The translations under genes and the position numbers were made by a program. Below are positions 27,631-39,950 of a DNA stretch of 64,000 nt, in pieces (position 1 is the stretch's first letter; every line of letters starts with the position of its first letter). The notes below the pieces were generated by a model, which searched no databases, was not told where the DNA came from, and saw only the letters and a program-made list of their open reading frames with translations. Source of the stretch: Callorhinchus milii (lineage: Eukaryota); assembly GCF_018977255.1 (NCBI RefSeq), contig NW_024704743.1, positions 85,066,001 to 85,130,000 of the forward strand, in the 5' to 3' direction.

Positions 27631-27838
27631 ATGTGAGCCGGAAGTGGCTCGGGGCGGCGCAGTGTCATTTCCGGTGTGCGGGGGGGGGGCACTGATGTCA
27701 CAGTTAAACAGTGGAATCGCTCCGTGTTTTGGTTCCCCCCCACACAGGCCCCGCCCCCCACCCACGGGCCCCGCCCACACAAGCCCCGCCCCCCACCCAC
27801 AGGCCCCGCCCCCCGCGCGATAGGAAGATGGCGGCGTT
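27631..27838 (+). promoter_or_regulatory. CTDP1 TATA-less housekeeping promoter (CpG island)
   Basis: ETS motif CCGGAAGT 27638-27645, inverted ETS ATTTCCGGT 27667-27675, four tandem GCCCCGCCC Sp/KLF boxes ~27748-27813, YY1 motif AAGATGGCGGC overlapping the ATG; CpG-dense to ~28180. Confidence 0.85.
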
Positions 27839-28177
27839 GTCGGAGGCGGGAGAGTCGGAGCGGGAGCGGGAGCGGGATCAGGGGGGAGCCGGGCCGGCGG
27901 CGGGGGCCTGGGCCCGGGCCGGGCTGGAGGTGGCGGCCCCGGGCTCCAGGCCGCTGCGGCTGCTGGAGTGGAGCGTCAAAGTGGGCTCGGCCGTGCAGCT
28001 CGGGACGGTGCTCGCTCACTGCCTCCCCGTGGAATACGACAAGAGCTCGGGCGGCTCTGACCACGAGAAGCCCAGGTCTCCAGCCAAGCCTCGGCCCCTG
28101 GAGAAGCGGGTGAAGTCGGACCGGGCCGGGGTAGTGACGGAGCTTTGCTGGCAGCTCGGCCAGGTGGTACCTCCCGG
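27828..28177 (+). CDS. CTDP1: CTDP1/FCP1 coding exon 1 (N-terminal region)
   Basis: ATG in AAGATGG context inside a CpG island; translates MAALSEAG...RPLRLLEWSVKVGSAVQLGTVLA...KRVKSDRAGVVTELCWQLGQVVPPG, resembling the vertebrate FCP1 N-terminus; donor GG|GTAAGA, phase 2, fits exon 2. Confidence 0.93.
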
Positions 28178-28189
28178 GTAAGAGCAAGA

Positions 28190-28945
28190 TAATGGAGTGG
28201 AGCAGCCAGGACTGGAACATTACAGGGCACTGGATCACACCGGACTGGAACTGAACAGCGCAATATGGGAACACGGGGTACACAGTGCGATACAACAGGG
28301 AATGATGGCATAGAAAATGGGGCACAATGGGATAGAGCAGAAATGATAGATCAGAACAGGGCATAATGGAGTATAACATGGAATGATGGGATAGAATATG
28401 GGGCACAGAGTCCTGTAGCTCAGTGGTTAGAGCACTCGCTTTGCAAGTGAGAGACCTGAGTTCAATCCCAGGCAGAGGGCGAAACCCTGGGCAAGTTTCC
28501 TTACTCCACACAGAGCCTAATAATAATCCCTCCAAAACCCCAAACAATAATAAATTGGTCATTTTCAATCTACTACTGTTTGTGGGACATTGCTGTGCGC
28601 AATTGGCTGCCGCGTTCGCCCACAATTATACAGTGTGTTCTGTGAAGCGCTTTGGGACGTCCTCCCGACGTGAAAAGCGCTATATCAAATGCAAGGATTA
28701 TTATTATTATTATTAATGCAATGGAACAGGGGGTGTAATGGAGTAGAACATGGAATGATGGAATAGAACAGAATAATGGAACAGAACCGAGGTCATAATG
28801 CAATAGAGCAGAGGGCATAATGGGATAGAATATGGCATATAATGATGGAACAGAACCTGGGGCATAACTGCATAGAATATGGAACATAATGGAATAGAAC
28901 TGTGAATAATGGAATTGTATATGGGGTGTAATGGAATAGAATGGG
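28190..28945 (+). repeat. Degenerate AATGG/ATAGAA-type tandem repeat interrupted by a SINE
   Basis: Recurrent atggaatgatggaatagaacag / gggcataatgggatagaat motifs on both sides of the SINE at 28408-28714. Confidence 0.7.
28408..28714 (+). mobile_element. tRNA-derived SINE (young short form)
   Basis: Intact A/B boxes, CpGs retained, L2-like tail loop. Confidence 0.92.
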
Positions 28946-29529
28946 GACGGGAGGAGGGGCCCCCCCGACGGGGACGGGAGGAGGGCCGACGGGACGGGAG
29001 GAGGGCCCCCCCCGACGGGGACGGGAGGAGGGGCCCCCCCGACGGGGACGGGAGGAGGGGCCCCCCCGACGGGGACGGGAGGAGGGGCCCCCCCGACGGG
29101 GACGGGAGGAGGGGCCCCCCGACGGGGACGGGAGGAGGGGCCCCCCGACGGGGACGGGAGGAGGGGCCCCCCCGACGGGGACGGGAGGAGGGGCCCCCCC
29201 GACGGGGACGGGAGGAGGGGCCCCCCCGACGGGGACGGGAGGAGGGGCCCCCCCGACGGGGACGGGAGGAGGGGCCCCCCCGACGGGGACGGGAGGAGGG
29301 GCCCCCCGACGGGGACGGGAGGAGGGGCCCCCCGACGGGGACGGGAGGAGGGGCCCCCGACGGGGACGGGAGGAGGGGCCCCCCGACGGGGACGGGAGGA
29401 GGGGCCCCCCGACGGGGACGGGAGGAGGGGCCCCCCCGACGGGGACGGGAGGAGGGGCCCCCCCGACGGGGACGGGAGGAGGGGCCCCCCCGACGGGGAC
29501 GGGAGGAGGGGCCCCCCCGACGGGGACGG
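28943..29529 (+). repeat. G-rich minisatellite, GACGGGGACGGGAGGAGGGGCCCCCCC (25-27 bp), roughly 22 units
   Basis: Direct reading; units differ mainly in C-run length. Confidence 0.98.
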
Positions 29530-29769
29530 AATGGATGGGAATGATAAAACCCTATATCCACAATCTCAGTGATTAATTCCTGCACAGCATTACCAGTATC
29601 AACAGGAATGAATGGTAAATAAACTCGTGGGTGCGACGTGTAACTGGCATAGACTGGAGCAGGGGATGGAGTGGCATCAGTGGGAAGGAAGAATGGAACT
29701 CAGTGGATTGCATTTGAAAGTCAACTCCGCAGCCACTTACTGTACAAAAGTCAGTGCAATTCTGTAGTC

Positions 29770-29925
29770 TCTGGGCACACTCAGCAGGTCAGGCAGCATC
29801 TATGGAAAAAGGAAAGTGAGTCTGTGTTTCGGGTCCACGACCCTTCGTCAGATCTGCTGAGTGTGTTCCCAGCAATTTCTGTTTTTGTTTCAGATCTCCA
29901 ACAATCTGCAGTATTTTGTGTTTTG
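29770..29925. mobile_element. Penelope-like terminal repeat, inverted (fold-back) arrangement
   Basis: Minus-strand module to 29852, then plus-strand ctgctgagtgtgttcccagc..tttcagatctccaacaatctgcagtatttt. Confidence 0.65.
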
Positions 29926-30282
29926 TCAGTGCAAATCTGTGTTTGTTTTTATTTTTGTGAAGATTATTTTTGCTTTCCAACAGTTTGACAGAGTGTGCTG
30001 TGATGTTAGAGAAGGGGTGCGTTTTTTTCTCAATATGAGAGTTCCTGTCTTAAACAGTGTCGGATTTAGGGGTAAAATGGGTAGTTTTACCCACAACTTC
30101 GCCCACAAATGTACAGTCAATTCACTTCACAGTGTAATCTATGAAGTGCTTTGAGACGTCTCGAAGACGTGATAAAGCGCTATATCAAATGCAACGATTA
30201 CAACAACAACAAGATTCCATTTACAGAGCGCCTTTCACGTCGGGAGGACGTCCCAAGGCGCTGAAATTATCATATTATTATC

Positions 30283-30447
30283 AAACCGCAGAATATTGCA
30301 GATGCTGGAAATCTGAAACAAAAACAGGAGTCGCTGGGAACACTCAGCAGGTCAGGCAGCATCTATGGAGAGAGGAAAGTGAGTCAGTGTTTCGGGTCCA
30401 CGACCCTTCGTCAGAACTGGACGAAGGGTTGTGGACCCGAAATGTTG
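30283..30447. mobile_element. Penelope-like terminal repeat ending in a 23-bp inverted repeat
   Basis: Arms 30390-30412 and 30420-30442 with one mismatch (G-U compatible only on the minus strand). Confidence 0.7.
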
Positions 30448-30548
30448 TAGAACAGGGAACTTCTGTTTTTGTTGCAAATATTATTATTACTATATTATTA
30501 TTTATCTGAGTTTTCCTATCAAAAATGTAAGTGTTATTATTGTTGAGT

Positions 30549-30700
30549 TGGGCCAATAGAAAGGACCACCGTCCGCCACAAATGGAGTATCCGGCCCGCG
30601 GGCCGCTCGCGCTGTTTACTGACGTCACTGTGGGCGGGGAGGCTCCGGACGTGCGTGCGCAACGCAAGTGGCGAATGGGCGGCACTCGGAGGCCGCAGTG
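30549..30700 (+). promoter_or_regulatory. Second CpG-rich promoter-like element in CTDP1 intron 1
   Basis: CCAAT 30553-30557, TGTTTAC 30613-30619, perfect CRE TGACGTCA 30620-30627, GC box GGGCGGGG 30632-30639, NRF1-like GTGCGTGCGCA 30651-30661; CpG retained in otherwise CpG-depleted DNA. Confidence 0.65.
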
Positions 30701-31640
30701 TTGTCAGTGTCAGTGTCTGTGTATCAGTGTATCAGTGTCCCTTCTATATGTGTGAGTGTGTGTCTGTGTCTCTGAGTGTATGTGTCTCTCTCTGAGTGTC
30801 CCTCTGTGTGTGTCTGTGTGTGTGTCCCTCTGTGTGTGTGTGTCTGTGTGTGTGTGTCTCTCTGTGTGTGTCCCTCTGTGTGTGTCTGTGTGTGTGTCCC
30901 TCTGTGTGTGTGTGTGTCTGTGTGTGTCTGTGTGTGTCCCTCTGTGTGTCTCTCTGTGTGTGTCTCTCTGTGTGTGTCCCTCTGTGTGTGTGTGTGTGTG
31001 TCCCTCTGTGTGTGTGTCCCTCTGTGTGTGTGTGTGTCTGTGTGTGTGTGTGTCTCTGTGTGTGTGTCTCTCTGTGTGTGTCTGTGTGTGTGTGTGTCTG
31101 TGTGTGTGTGTCTGTGTGTGTGTGTCCCTCTGTGTGTGTGTGTCTCTGTGTGTGTGTGTCTGTGTGTGTGTGTCTCTGTGTGTGTGTGTGTCTGTGTGTG
31201 TGTGTGTCTCTGTGTGTGTGTGTCTGTGTGTGTGTGTGTCTGTGTGTGTGTGTGTCTCTGTGTGTGTGTGTGGTGTGTGTGTGTCTCTGTGTGTGTGTCC
31301 CTCTGTGTGTGTGTGTGTCTGTGTGTGTGTGTCTCTGTGTGTGTGTCTCTCTGTGTGTGTGTGTGTCTCTCTGTGTGTGTCTCTCTGTGTGTGTGTGTGT
31401 GTGTCCCTCTGTGTGTGTGTGTCTCTGTGTGTGTGTCCCTCTGTGTGTGTGTGTGTCTGTGTGTGTCCCTCTGTGTGTGTGTGTGTCTCTCTGTGTGTGT
31501 CCCTCTCTGTGTGTGTGTGTCCCTCTGTGTGTGTGTGTGTGTGTCTCTCTGTGTGTGTGTGTGTGTCTCTCTGTGTGTGTGTGTGTGTCTCTGTATGTGA
31601 GAGTATCTCTGTGGGTGTCTGTGTCAGTGTGCAGTGTCAG
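30700..31640 (+). repeat. Compound (TG)n microsatellite punctuated by TC, TCTC and TCCCTC
   Basis: Direct reading. Confidence 0.98.
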
Positions 31641-34600
31641 CCCTGAGAGGCAGGAGTGGTGAGTCCCTGTAGCCTCGCTGGTGAGGTCCCACCCCCCCCC
31701 CCACCCCACCAGAAAAAAATGGTCACCCAGTTTTTATTAAAGAAGCAATTAATTTTTGGCAACAATCTAATATGTGTTATTTCCTTATGTTCAATTTTTT
31801 TTAACCAATAAAGTGAAAAAACCTAGCAGTAAAATGTACCTCAATAGAACCAATCAAAGCCCTCCGCAGTTTTCTGCAAGACTGGCAAATATGTTTGCAT
31901 TTTTCTATTGGCCCAGTTCATGAGTTATGGATGTAGGTGAAATAAGTGTGGAAGCCATTCCAGTACTTGAGATCATTTTGTTTTGGAAACATCTGTTCTG
32001 TGGGAGGTTAAGTGAAGTTAAAAAAAAAGACGTATGTTCACTCCAGAGTGCAGAGTTTTAGAAACAATAACATTGAATTGAGATTCTGACCACAGCTGTA
32101 GAGAAAGAATTTTTAATTTGGTGCTGCACAAAGTACAGTATTTTATTTGATACGTTTGTTTATGTTTTTGTATTGTGCTCCTTCTGAAGATGGAGTATTG
32201 CAACATTTTCATGACATCATGTGACCAGAAAATGGACTCGGGAGGGAATGGTATAACATTATACGTGTTATAAAATTACTGGATAGTGCTGCTATGATCG
32301 CAGTAGATAATTAGGCGTCGATACTGGTAAACAAAGCAAGTTGAAAACCGACTGGTTATATTCTAATGTAATGAAGAGAAGGATATTTTTACAAAAAAAA
32401 CTCACTTTCATAAACAACACTGGAGGGTTTACAATGTTACCAATTTGTTTTCCCTACTTAGAAAGTCTGAACTGAGTTTATCATTAACATACATGTTTAA
32501 ATGTTTATTTTAAAAAATGCAGCATCAACACATGGAGCTGTTTATCATATGCGTACGCACATGAATATGAGAGTTACTGAGGCTTCAATAATCCCTCTCG
32601 TAAACTTGTGGTTGTTAACCCTTTGGTGTGGTGTTGCCACATACGAACTGCAGTTCTTAGTGATTGCTATTGCAGTAAGCAGCAGAAAGGCAACAGGAAC
32701 AACAATAGATTCAAATTGCACACAGAAAATCTGAATAAAAGTTGGCTTGTCAACAGAAGTCATGAGACACAATCTCATCATGTGGGGGGGGAGAGAAAAG
32801 AAAATAATAATCTGTACAAATATTGGTTTCTGAGCTTGTAATCCTCTGGCCTCATTGATGAGATAGCCCCTGGTAGTTAGTCCTTAATATCCATTAATCT
32901 CAACAAGTTTTGCTTTAATTTCGAATTCTATAATCACTTGTGCCAAAGCACTTTTTCCTTTCAAGTGTTTGTCATCCATGTACACAAATGCGCAGTCACT
33001 GTACTTCACAGTAAATTGTGTGAAGTGTTTTGGGACATCTTCCCAACTGGAAAAGCTCCATACCCAATGTGAGAATTATTATTGTTATTTGAGTTTCCTT
33101 AATAGGGGTGGGGTGGGTGGAACATGCACAATACTTTGCCCCACCCTCACCCACAATGTAGTGCCCAACTCAACGCCTCAGGGACTTGCTGGGTATTCAA
33201 TTTAAATTTTTCTATTTTAAAAAGAAAAAAAAATGATGACGACGTTCCCAGCAATTTTTTAAAATTTATATAACAGGTTAGTTGACCATGTTGACACCAA
33301 GCAGATCTGGTAACTTGCAACTTTACCCTAATGTGTCATTGCTATGCACTCCATACGCCTGTTTTAAAAACAAAAAGCAGGATTGCACACAATCGTTTGT
33401 GAAAGCTTCAACAACACCATTGAATTTTTATGATGTGCTGTCCTGCTATATTGCTGTGTATTGCATGCAGGCAAACCGAGATCCCATCTGCCTGTTCACG
33501 TTAAAGACTCCATAGCACTGTTCGAAAAGAGAGGTGAATTTCTCCCTGTGTCCTGGCCAACAATCTCCCCAAATAAAATTATCATTCACTTCACGGTTGT
33601 TTGTGGGACTCTGCAGTGTGCAAATTGGTTGCCACGTTTACCTACAAAATGCACAGCTCCAATGTTTTACAATAGAAATCAGTGAAGTGCTTTAAGAAGG
33701 TTTGACAACATGATAAGGCACTATATCAAATGTAGGATTATTTTTATTATTTATGATCAATGATCAAAATTATTTATCCCTTCCCTGCTTCAACCAGCTG
33801 CTAGGAGATGTAGGAGAGCAATGTGGAAGTGACCTGTCTGATGCTTCTGCAACTTTAATGACAATCTATTTACGTCTTGGTGATGTCTCTAGTGGCTCTT
33901 TGCATCTGAGTCAAGACTGGGGAAAATCATCTTGGTGAGTTACGAGAGTGAGCTTGCAATCCACTCCCTGATGCAGCTTGAGGTTTTTTTTTAAAAAAAA
34001 TGTCCCAGAAATATACAAAATTGTTGGTATCGAAGTATGCAGCTTAATTGGTGTGAGAATTTTTTTTATTTTCTTTCCTGTTCTAAAGACCTGACTCAGT
34101 GGGGTATGTAGCATTGGGTTCCTACTCCAAGTTCTGACTGACTTAATTGCTGAGGAGAGGTATCACAGCTGAGCCCCAATCCTGGTCTTATACCCAACAT
34201 CTACACAGGGGAACCTTCCAGCAGGATCGTGGGATTTGGTTTTGGTTAACTGGGTATCAGACTCCTGCAGAATCCCACTAGGCTTAAGAGTGTCCAAACA
34301 AAACTATTGAGAGTTGTCTGGCCATTTCCATTTACCTATTATGGAGTGTGCATTCTTGCATTCTCCCCCTGGGGAGACGCTCCCTGTAAACCTAATCTCC
34401 AAGAGTTTAGGGTTAACTGGAGCCTGGGCTGGGGGACCCCAGAGTGTACATTGAGGTACTGCAGGAGTTTAAAGTTGAGTGAGAAGAGTCCCAGCCCCAG
34501 TAAGGCGACAGGATAGCGAGTACGATTGGATGTTCTGGCTGACTTAGTATTTATTTAATTCCTACCTGAATCAGGGACATTGATGCCAATGCCCGACTCC

Positions 34601-37600
34601 TGCCCCGGCTGAGATCAACTAACTCAGCACTGATCAAGTTGAGGTTACAATCCTCTGGTCAGTGTCCTAAACCATAGCGTGTCTTTAATAATAATACTTC
34701 TTGCATTTGGTATATAATGTCTTTGCACACTATCTCCTTGGGGGAGTGTTTGCTTATAATAATATAATAATCCTTGCATTTGATATAGTGCCTTATCACA
34801 TTTTTGAAATGCCGAAGCACTTCACAGAATACACTGTAAAGTGAATTGACTGTTTATTTTGTGGGCAAAACGCGGCAGCCAATTGCGCACAGCAGTGTCC
34901 CACAAACAGTCATGGATTGAGTGACCAAATTATTATTATTTTGTCCACCATCTCATTCCTATACTACTGCCAGGACTGAAAATTAAGGACACAATGATCC
35001 GTTGTTGATACATGTGTCTATCTAATTCGTTGTGCCTGTTTTTTTAATTGAAAATGAAAATCAAAAATTAATTATATCTTATTCAACAAAATATTTAATT
35101 ATAAATAGAACAGCTTCAGAAACAGGGACATTCTATTTAAAAAATATTCTTTCTGCAACTTGTGCAGGTGGATGTTTGGAGGAAGCCTGCACCAATTGCT
35201 TCTTGTGTGATAGTGCAGAAGACTTGAAGAGGTATGGGGATAGGGCACTTGGCAGTGGGATTGAAAGTGCAGTTTACTTTGAGAACTGGTGAAGACTCGA
35301 TAGGCCAAATGGAGTCTTCCTGTACTGTAAATTTCTATGAATGGTTGAAGGCAATGGCCCCATCCCCAGTTATCTCATGTTCAATATTGTAGACACTGTA
35401 GTTACTGGTTTCAATTTGGTTGACCAATTTTGCTTCAGAGCCCTGTTTCTTTTATCCAGTTATGCGAACGTTAAGCTTATGCGATCCTTTTCGATACTGC
35501 TGAAATTGAAAGGCTTAAAATCTGAGAAACGTTAACATTTCTATTTTAAAAAGCTCTAAATCGAGTTAGGATTACAAGCAGTATGTAGGACTTGAGATTG
35601 AGAGTTACGGTTGTTATCCTAAAAGAATGATTCCATCTGCTCTTAACAACAGAATTAGTCCTTTGGATAGATTTCTACACCATCCATAAGAGCTATGTTT
35701 GAATCTGTGGAACGTGCTTGTATAATTTATGCATGTGTGGATACAGTAGAGTTCCTCCATTTATATTACTCAATCTCTCTTCTATTAAATCTACTTATTT
35801 TATAGATTTTGCACATACAGTATATACAGCGAACATGTGTGAAGCTAATTTTTTAAACTGGCTCCAAGGTAACATGTTTGGCAATGGAAGGTCAGTATCC
35901 AGCCCTCTGTGGTGATCTCAGTCGTCCAGTCCTGAGCTCTGCGGTATTCCAGAAACACTGCTGATGACAACTCACCCAGCCTGGCTCGTCGGTAGGACTT
36001 GGAAGGGCAGACCAGTCACTGGGGGGTAGGGACTCCTCACACTCAGCTCCCATTACCTCTGCAAGCCAAAGTCGTAACGGGTAGGTGGTCTTAGCTGGAC
36101 AAGCATTGGGAAAGTTTGGCAGACAATGCTTTCAATGGCAAACCATGTGGTTTTAGCTGATTAGATTCCAGCAGTACAACGCACACACGGGGTTCCCGTG
36201 TCTTGGCTCTTGCCAACATACACCTAATACTCCCCAGAATTAGGTAAGCAGGATGTGGCCCTCCAGGGAGTGTGTGAGAATCCATTCCCGTAAATATCTC
36301 TGGAATTTCCATGTACAGGTGGGAAGCACAGAACTCTCAGTTTGGTTTGGATAATCTTTAAGAATGGTGATGGATTTCGGTATATGTCAGACACCCGACT
36401 GGCTCCAAAAATGGTGTTTGATTACAAGTTAAGCTGCAGTGCTTCATATCATAGTGGGAAGGTGGTTGGTCTCTGACGATATGCTATATAGCTGAAAATG
36501 TAAAGACCTATGAATTGTCAAATGCTTGCACAAAAAGATGATTGAAGTTCAGTATTTTGTTCAAGTTGTTTTGACTTCTTGGTGAACCCCCTTTTCTTTC
36601 CTCACCCCTCCTCCCCCAGCTTGAGCTTCCAGTCAGCTGTATGAAGGCCTATGACAGTGCCCTGGTCTGAAAAACCCTATCTAACTAAATTGTTGTGTGG
36701 AGGAGCAGGTGATCCACAGCCTCTGGGCTCTATAGAAGCTCTGCGAAATATGCAAACAGTCAGATTGGGCAAAGGGACGAAATATTGCACAAATACTTGA
36801 TCCTTTTTGCAGTGTTTGGTAAAATGCTATGTGAATACAGTAGTTTGCATGTTTTCCCAGTATCTATGCGTTTCCCACCCCTTCTTACCCACCCTTTCCT
36901 CATTCCCTCGCCCCCTTGTTTGGCAGAATGGTTTGGGACAAGGATCAATAGAAGTTGCATAGAAGCACTTTTGACCTTTGACAAATGTTATGCTAATTTG
37001 CCTCCATTGCTGTTCATCTATTCATGCAACAACTTTACCAGGTTTGTCAGAGCAAGCTAGTTTGAGTACAAATTGGGATTGTTTGAAGGCTTGATTGAAC
37101 TGATCAAGAAGTCACTGAGCTACAGTAAAATCAATTAGTTCTCCATGATAAATTAAAAACCTGTAAACGCTCTTTAGATGCACAAATATTGAAGGAAATA
37201 TATGAAAGAAATTGACAACAAGGCTTAATCTAGCAGTTTTTGAGGATGGAAGGGAAACAGAAAGCACAAATTTCGGTGGCTGAAGGTAATATCCAGGGGC
37301 TGGAGCCAAAATGCCTTGCACAAAGAGTTTGGAGTTCAACGCCTTCCTGATTTTGCGAGCTGAAGGCCTTATTTAGCCTATGAACATAGAATTTTGTAGT
37401 GTGAAAGAACTAAAAAAAATATTTCTTAGTTGTGAATAGATGTTGACAAATAATTGCAAGCATGAGGGTTGTTGACGTGTAGAACACGTACATAAACGTA
37501 TATTAGCAGTCCACAAATTTAATTTGTGCAATTTTGCTACAGAAAATCCTTATCAGTAAAAGCATCTTGCAGCAGACGGGATGGCTGCCTGACGGGCGTG

Positions 37601-39581
37601 ATAAGTGCAGTAGTCTTGATATTGCTGTTCTCAGGAGTCAAATGAAACCAGTACATTGAGCAGAGCAATTGATGCTGATGTTCACTTGTATTGAGTAAAA
37701 TAATTAATACTTCTTTACACAATACATATTTGCGATTGTATGTGCATTTGCTTCTGTAATTGTGAGTCTCTGACTTGCTTCTTCCCTCACCTCGTTCAAG
37801 GTCTGTCTCAAGTTCTACTTCTTGACCACATTTCTAGTTATCTTTCCCTTTCCCACCCCACTCTGTTCTCAATCCCAGGTCAAGTGCCAAGCCACAATTG
37901 TTAAGTGCTTTGGGATGTCCTTCAAAATGAAGGCACAATGTAAATGTAAATTTGTATTATGTTGCGCCACGAGGTTTGTCTTGTGCTACAATGCAAGTGC
38001 TCTGGACACTACTCCACGTGAAGGGGGATATATAAAAGTTGTTGTTGTTGTAGTTGTCTTGTAGTCCAATAATATGTTTAAAATCTGAAATCAAAAGACC
38101 AGCACATCTTGCCAGCACTCTGAAAAAAAACAACAGCAACTTGAATGTATATTGCCCTTCATGTAGGATTACATGTTGGAGCACTTTAAGGCGAAGGTGG
38201 GGGGTGGGGGGGGGGGGGGGGCAGAGGTCACCATTGGCGCGGTCAAAGAGTTCGGTAGATTTTAAGGTGGGATTTGAAGACAGGTGGAGTGAGACAAAGT
38301 GGAAGGATGGAGGCAGAGTGATCCAGAGATTGTGGGCATAATGACTGACTGATGGTGGCATGGAGAGGGCGGGAGTGCTCTGAGATGATTCCTGGTATGA
38401 GGGTTATTGTTGTTGAAGTTATTGAGACACGCAGCAGGCCTGTGTTATCTGAGCATATGGGGTGAGCAGAGGAATGGAGTAAGAGGTGATCAGACCATTA
38501 ACGATGTATTTTTAAAAAAATAGTGAAAACGTGAAAGATTGGAAGCAGAATATGGGACTTCACGTTGACACTTATGATGCTCAGCTGTGGACCTGAAAGA
38601 ATGGTGCACCTGCTTGTTAACTAGAGAGTGCTACTTTGTTCAGCTTTCTACACCATCCACAAGAAATTCATCAATCAATATTTCCCAAGTACCAACGCCG
38701 AGTGGAAACAGCATGTTCCCCCACCATGTGGCTGCAGCTGTAGCTATCTCGGAATATGATTGTGGGAAAGCTAAAGCAAAATGCTGTGGGGGAAAGCGGC
38801 ATGTTTCGAGAACTGTGTGGACGCTAAAATAATTTACTGTGAGTTTGGAGAATTATATCGCTGAACATAAAGCCAGGTTCATAGGACATTGTACACAGGA
38901 ACATGTGACTTGAAGAAAGTACAGAGAGCTGAGAAACATTTCATCTTCTGCAAATCTGTTGGTAATTAAATTGGTTCTACAAGAGATGAAAGAAAGCAGT
39001 TGAGGTGTCTGCACACACGTGTACTGGGCAGTATAATCGAGATAAGAGTTTCATGTTACACATTTCCTTGTAAAATAATGGATTGGTCATAGGATGTAGT
39101 GGGCCGAGACTGCAGTTACTGGCTACATCTGGTGATCGACAAATTGCAGGGCCATTTAAGTGAGCAGCAGGAAACGTAAACTATTTTATTTGCCACTCAG
39201 CGATTACGTTTGTAGAAACAGAAGCTGCATTTTTGCAGGAACGGCGTTTGATGATTTTGCAATTCCAGCTTCATCTTGTGTTTGCTGATTAAGAGAATTG
39301 TTGACTGGGATTCAGAAACTGTCCTAGCATTACACCTTGAACTGACATTTTTAGAGCTGAACCCAATCCTGCCATTAATGGTAACTGTATAGGCTTCGGA
39401 TCCCAGCATCCTCAGTACTTCAAGATTTGAGTCCCCTTACAAATTATTCTAGTTAAAGCACTAAGCAAAGCATACATTTTAGATTTTGAAAGAAGCAAGA
39501 CTGTTTTTGTTATAATGAGAAGTGCTCTTGAAATGTAAAGGGTATCCTGACATCGCAAACATTTCCGCTTTGTTCAGAACT

Positions 39582-39950
39582 GTGGAGCCCTGTAGTTTAG
39601 TGATTAGAACACTCACCTCGCAAGTGAGAGGGCTTGGGTGTGATTCCCAGCAGGGCGAAACGTTGGGCAAGTTTCCTTACACACACCGCTGTTGACCTAG
39701 CAGTAAGTAGGAACCCGGTTGTTAGTCGATTGGCGGATTGCTTTTCTGCGGAAAATAATCCCTTCAAATAAGTCAATAAGAAGAATTTGGTCACTCAATC
39801 CACGATTGTTTATGGGACACTGCTGTGTGCAATTGACTGGTGTGTTTCACCCACAAAATATACAGTCAACTCACTTTACAGAATATCTGTGAAGCGCTTT
39901 GAGATGCCTTGAAGACTTGATAAGCTGCTATATCAAATGCAAGGATAATT
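39582..39950 (+). mobile_element. tRNA-derived SINE (long form)
   Basis: Match to the 8250 and 13778 copies. Confidence 0.88.

Noticed and set aside
24048..27823. 1215-aa and 1198-aa ORFs with GSGAQPLGV/ELSPWGSG repeats
   Set aside because: The + strand of the minisatellite has no stop codons in any frame; the ORFs start in an antisense SINE at non-ATG or incidental starts and shift frame with unit length.
28408..28482. tRNA-Ala(TGC) gene
   Set aside because: No proper acceptor stem or T-run terminator; continues into SINE body, many dispersed copies.
28713..29585. RRGREEGPP / PRRGGPSS repeat ORFs
   Set aside because: Translations of the second minisatellite.
30744..31709. Cys/Val-rich and His/Thr-rich ORFs
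   Set aside because: Translations of the (TG)n array.
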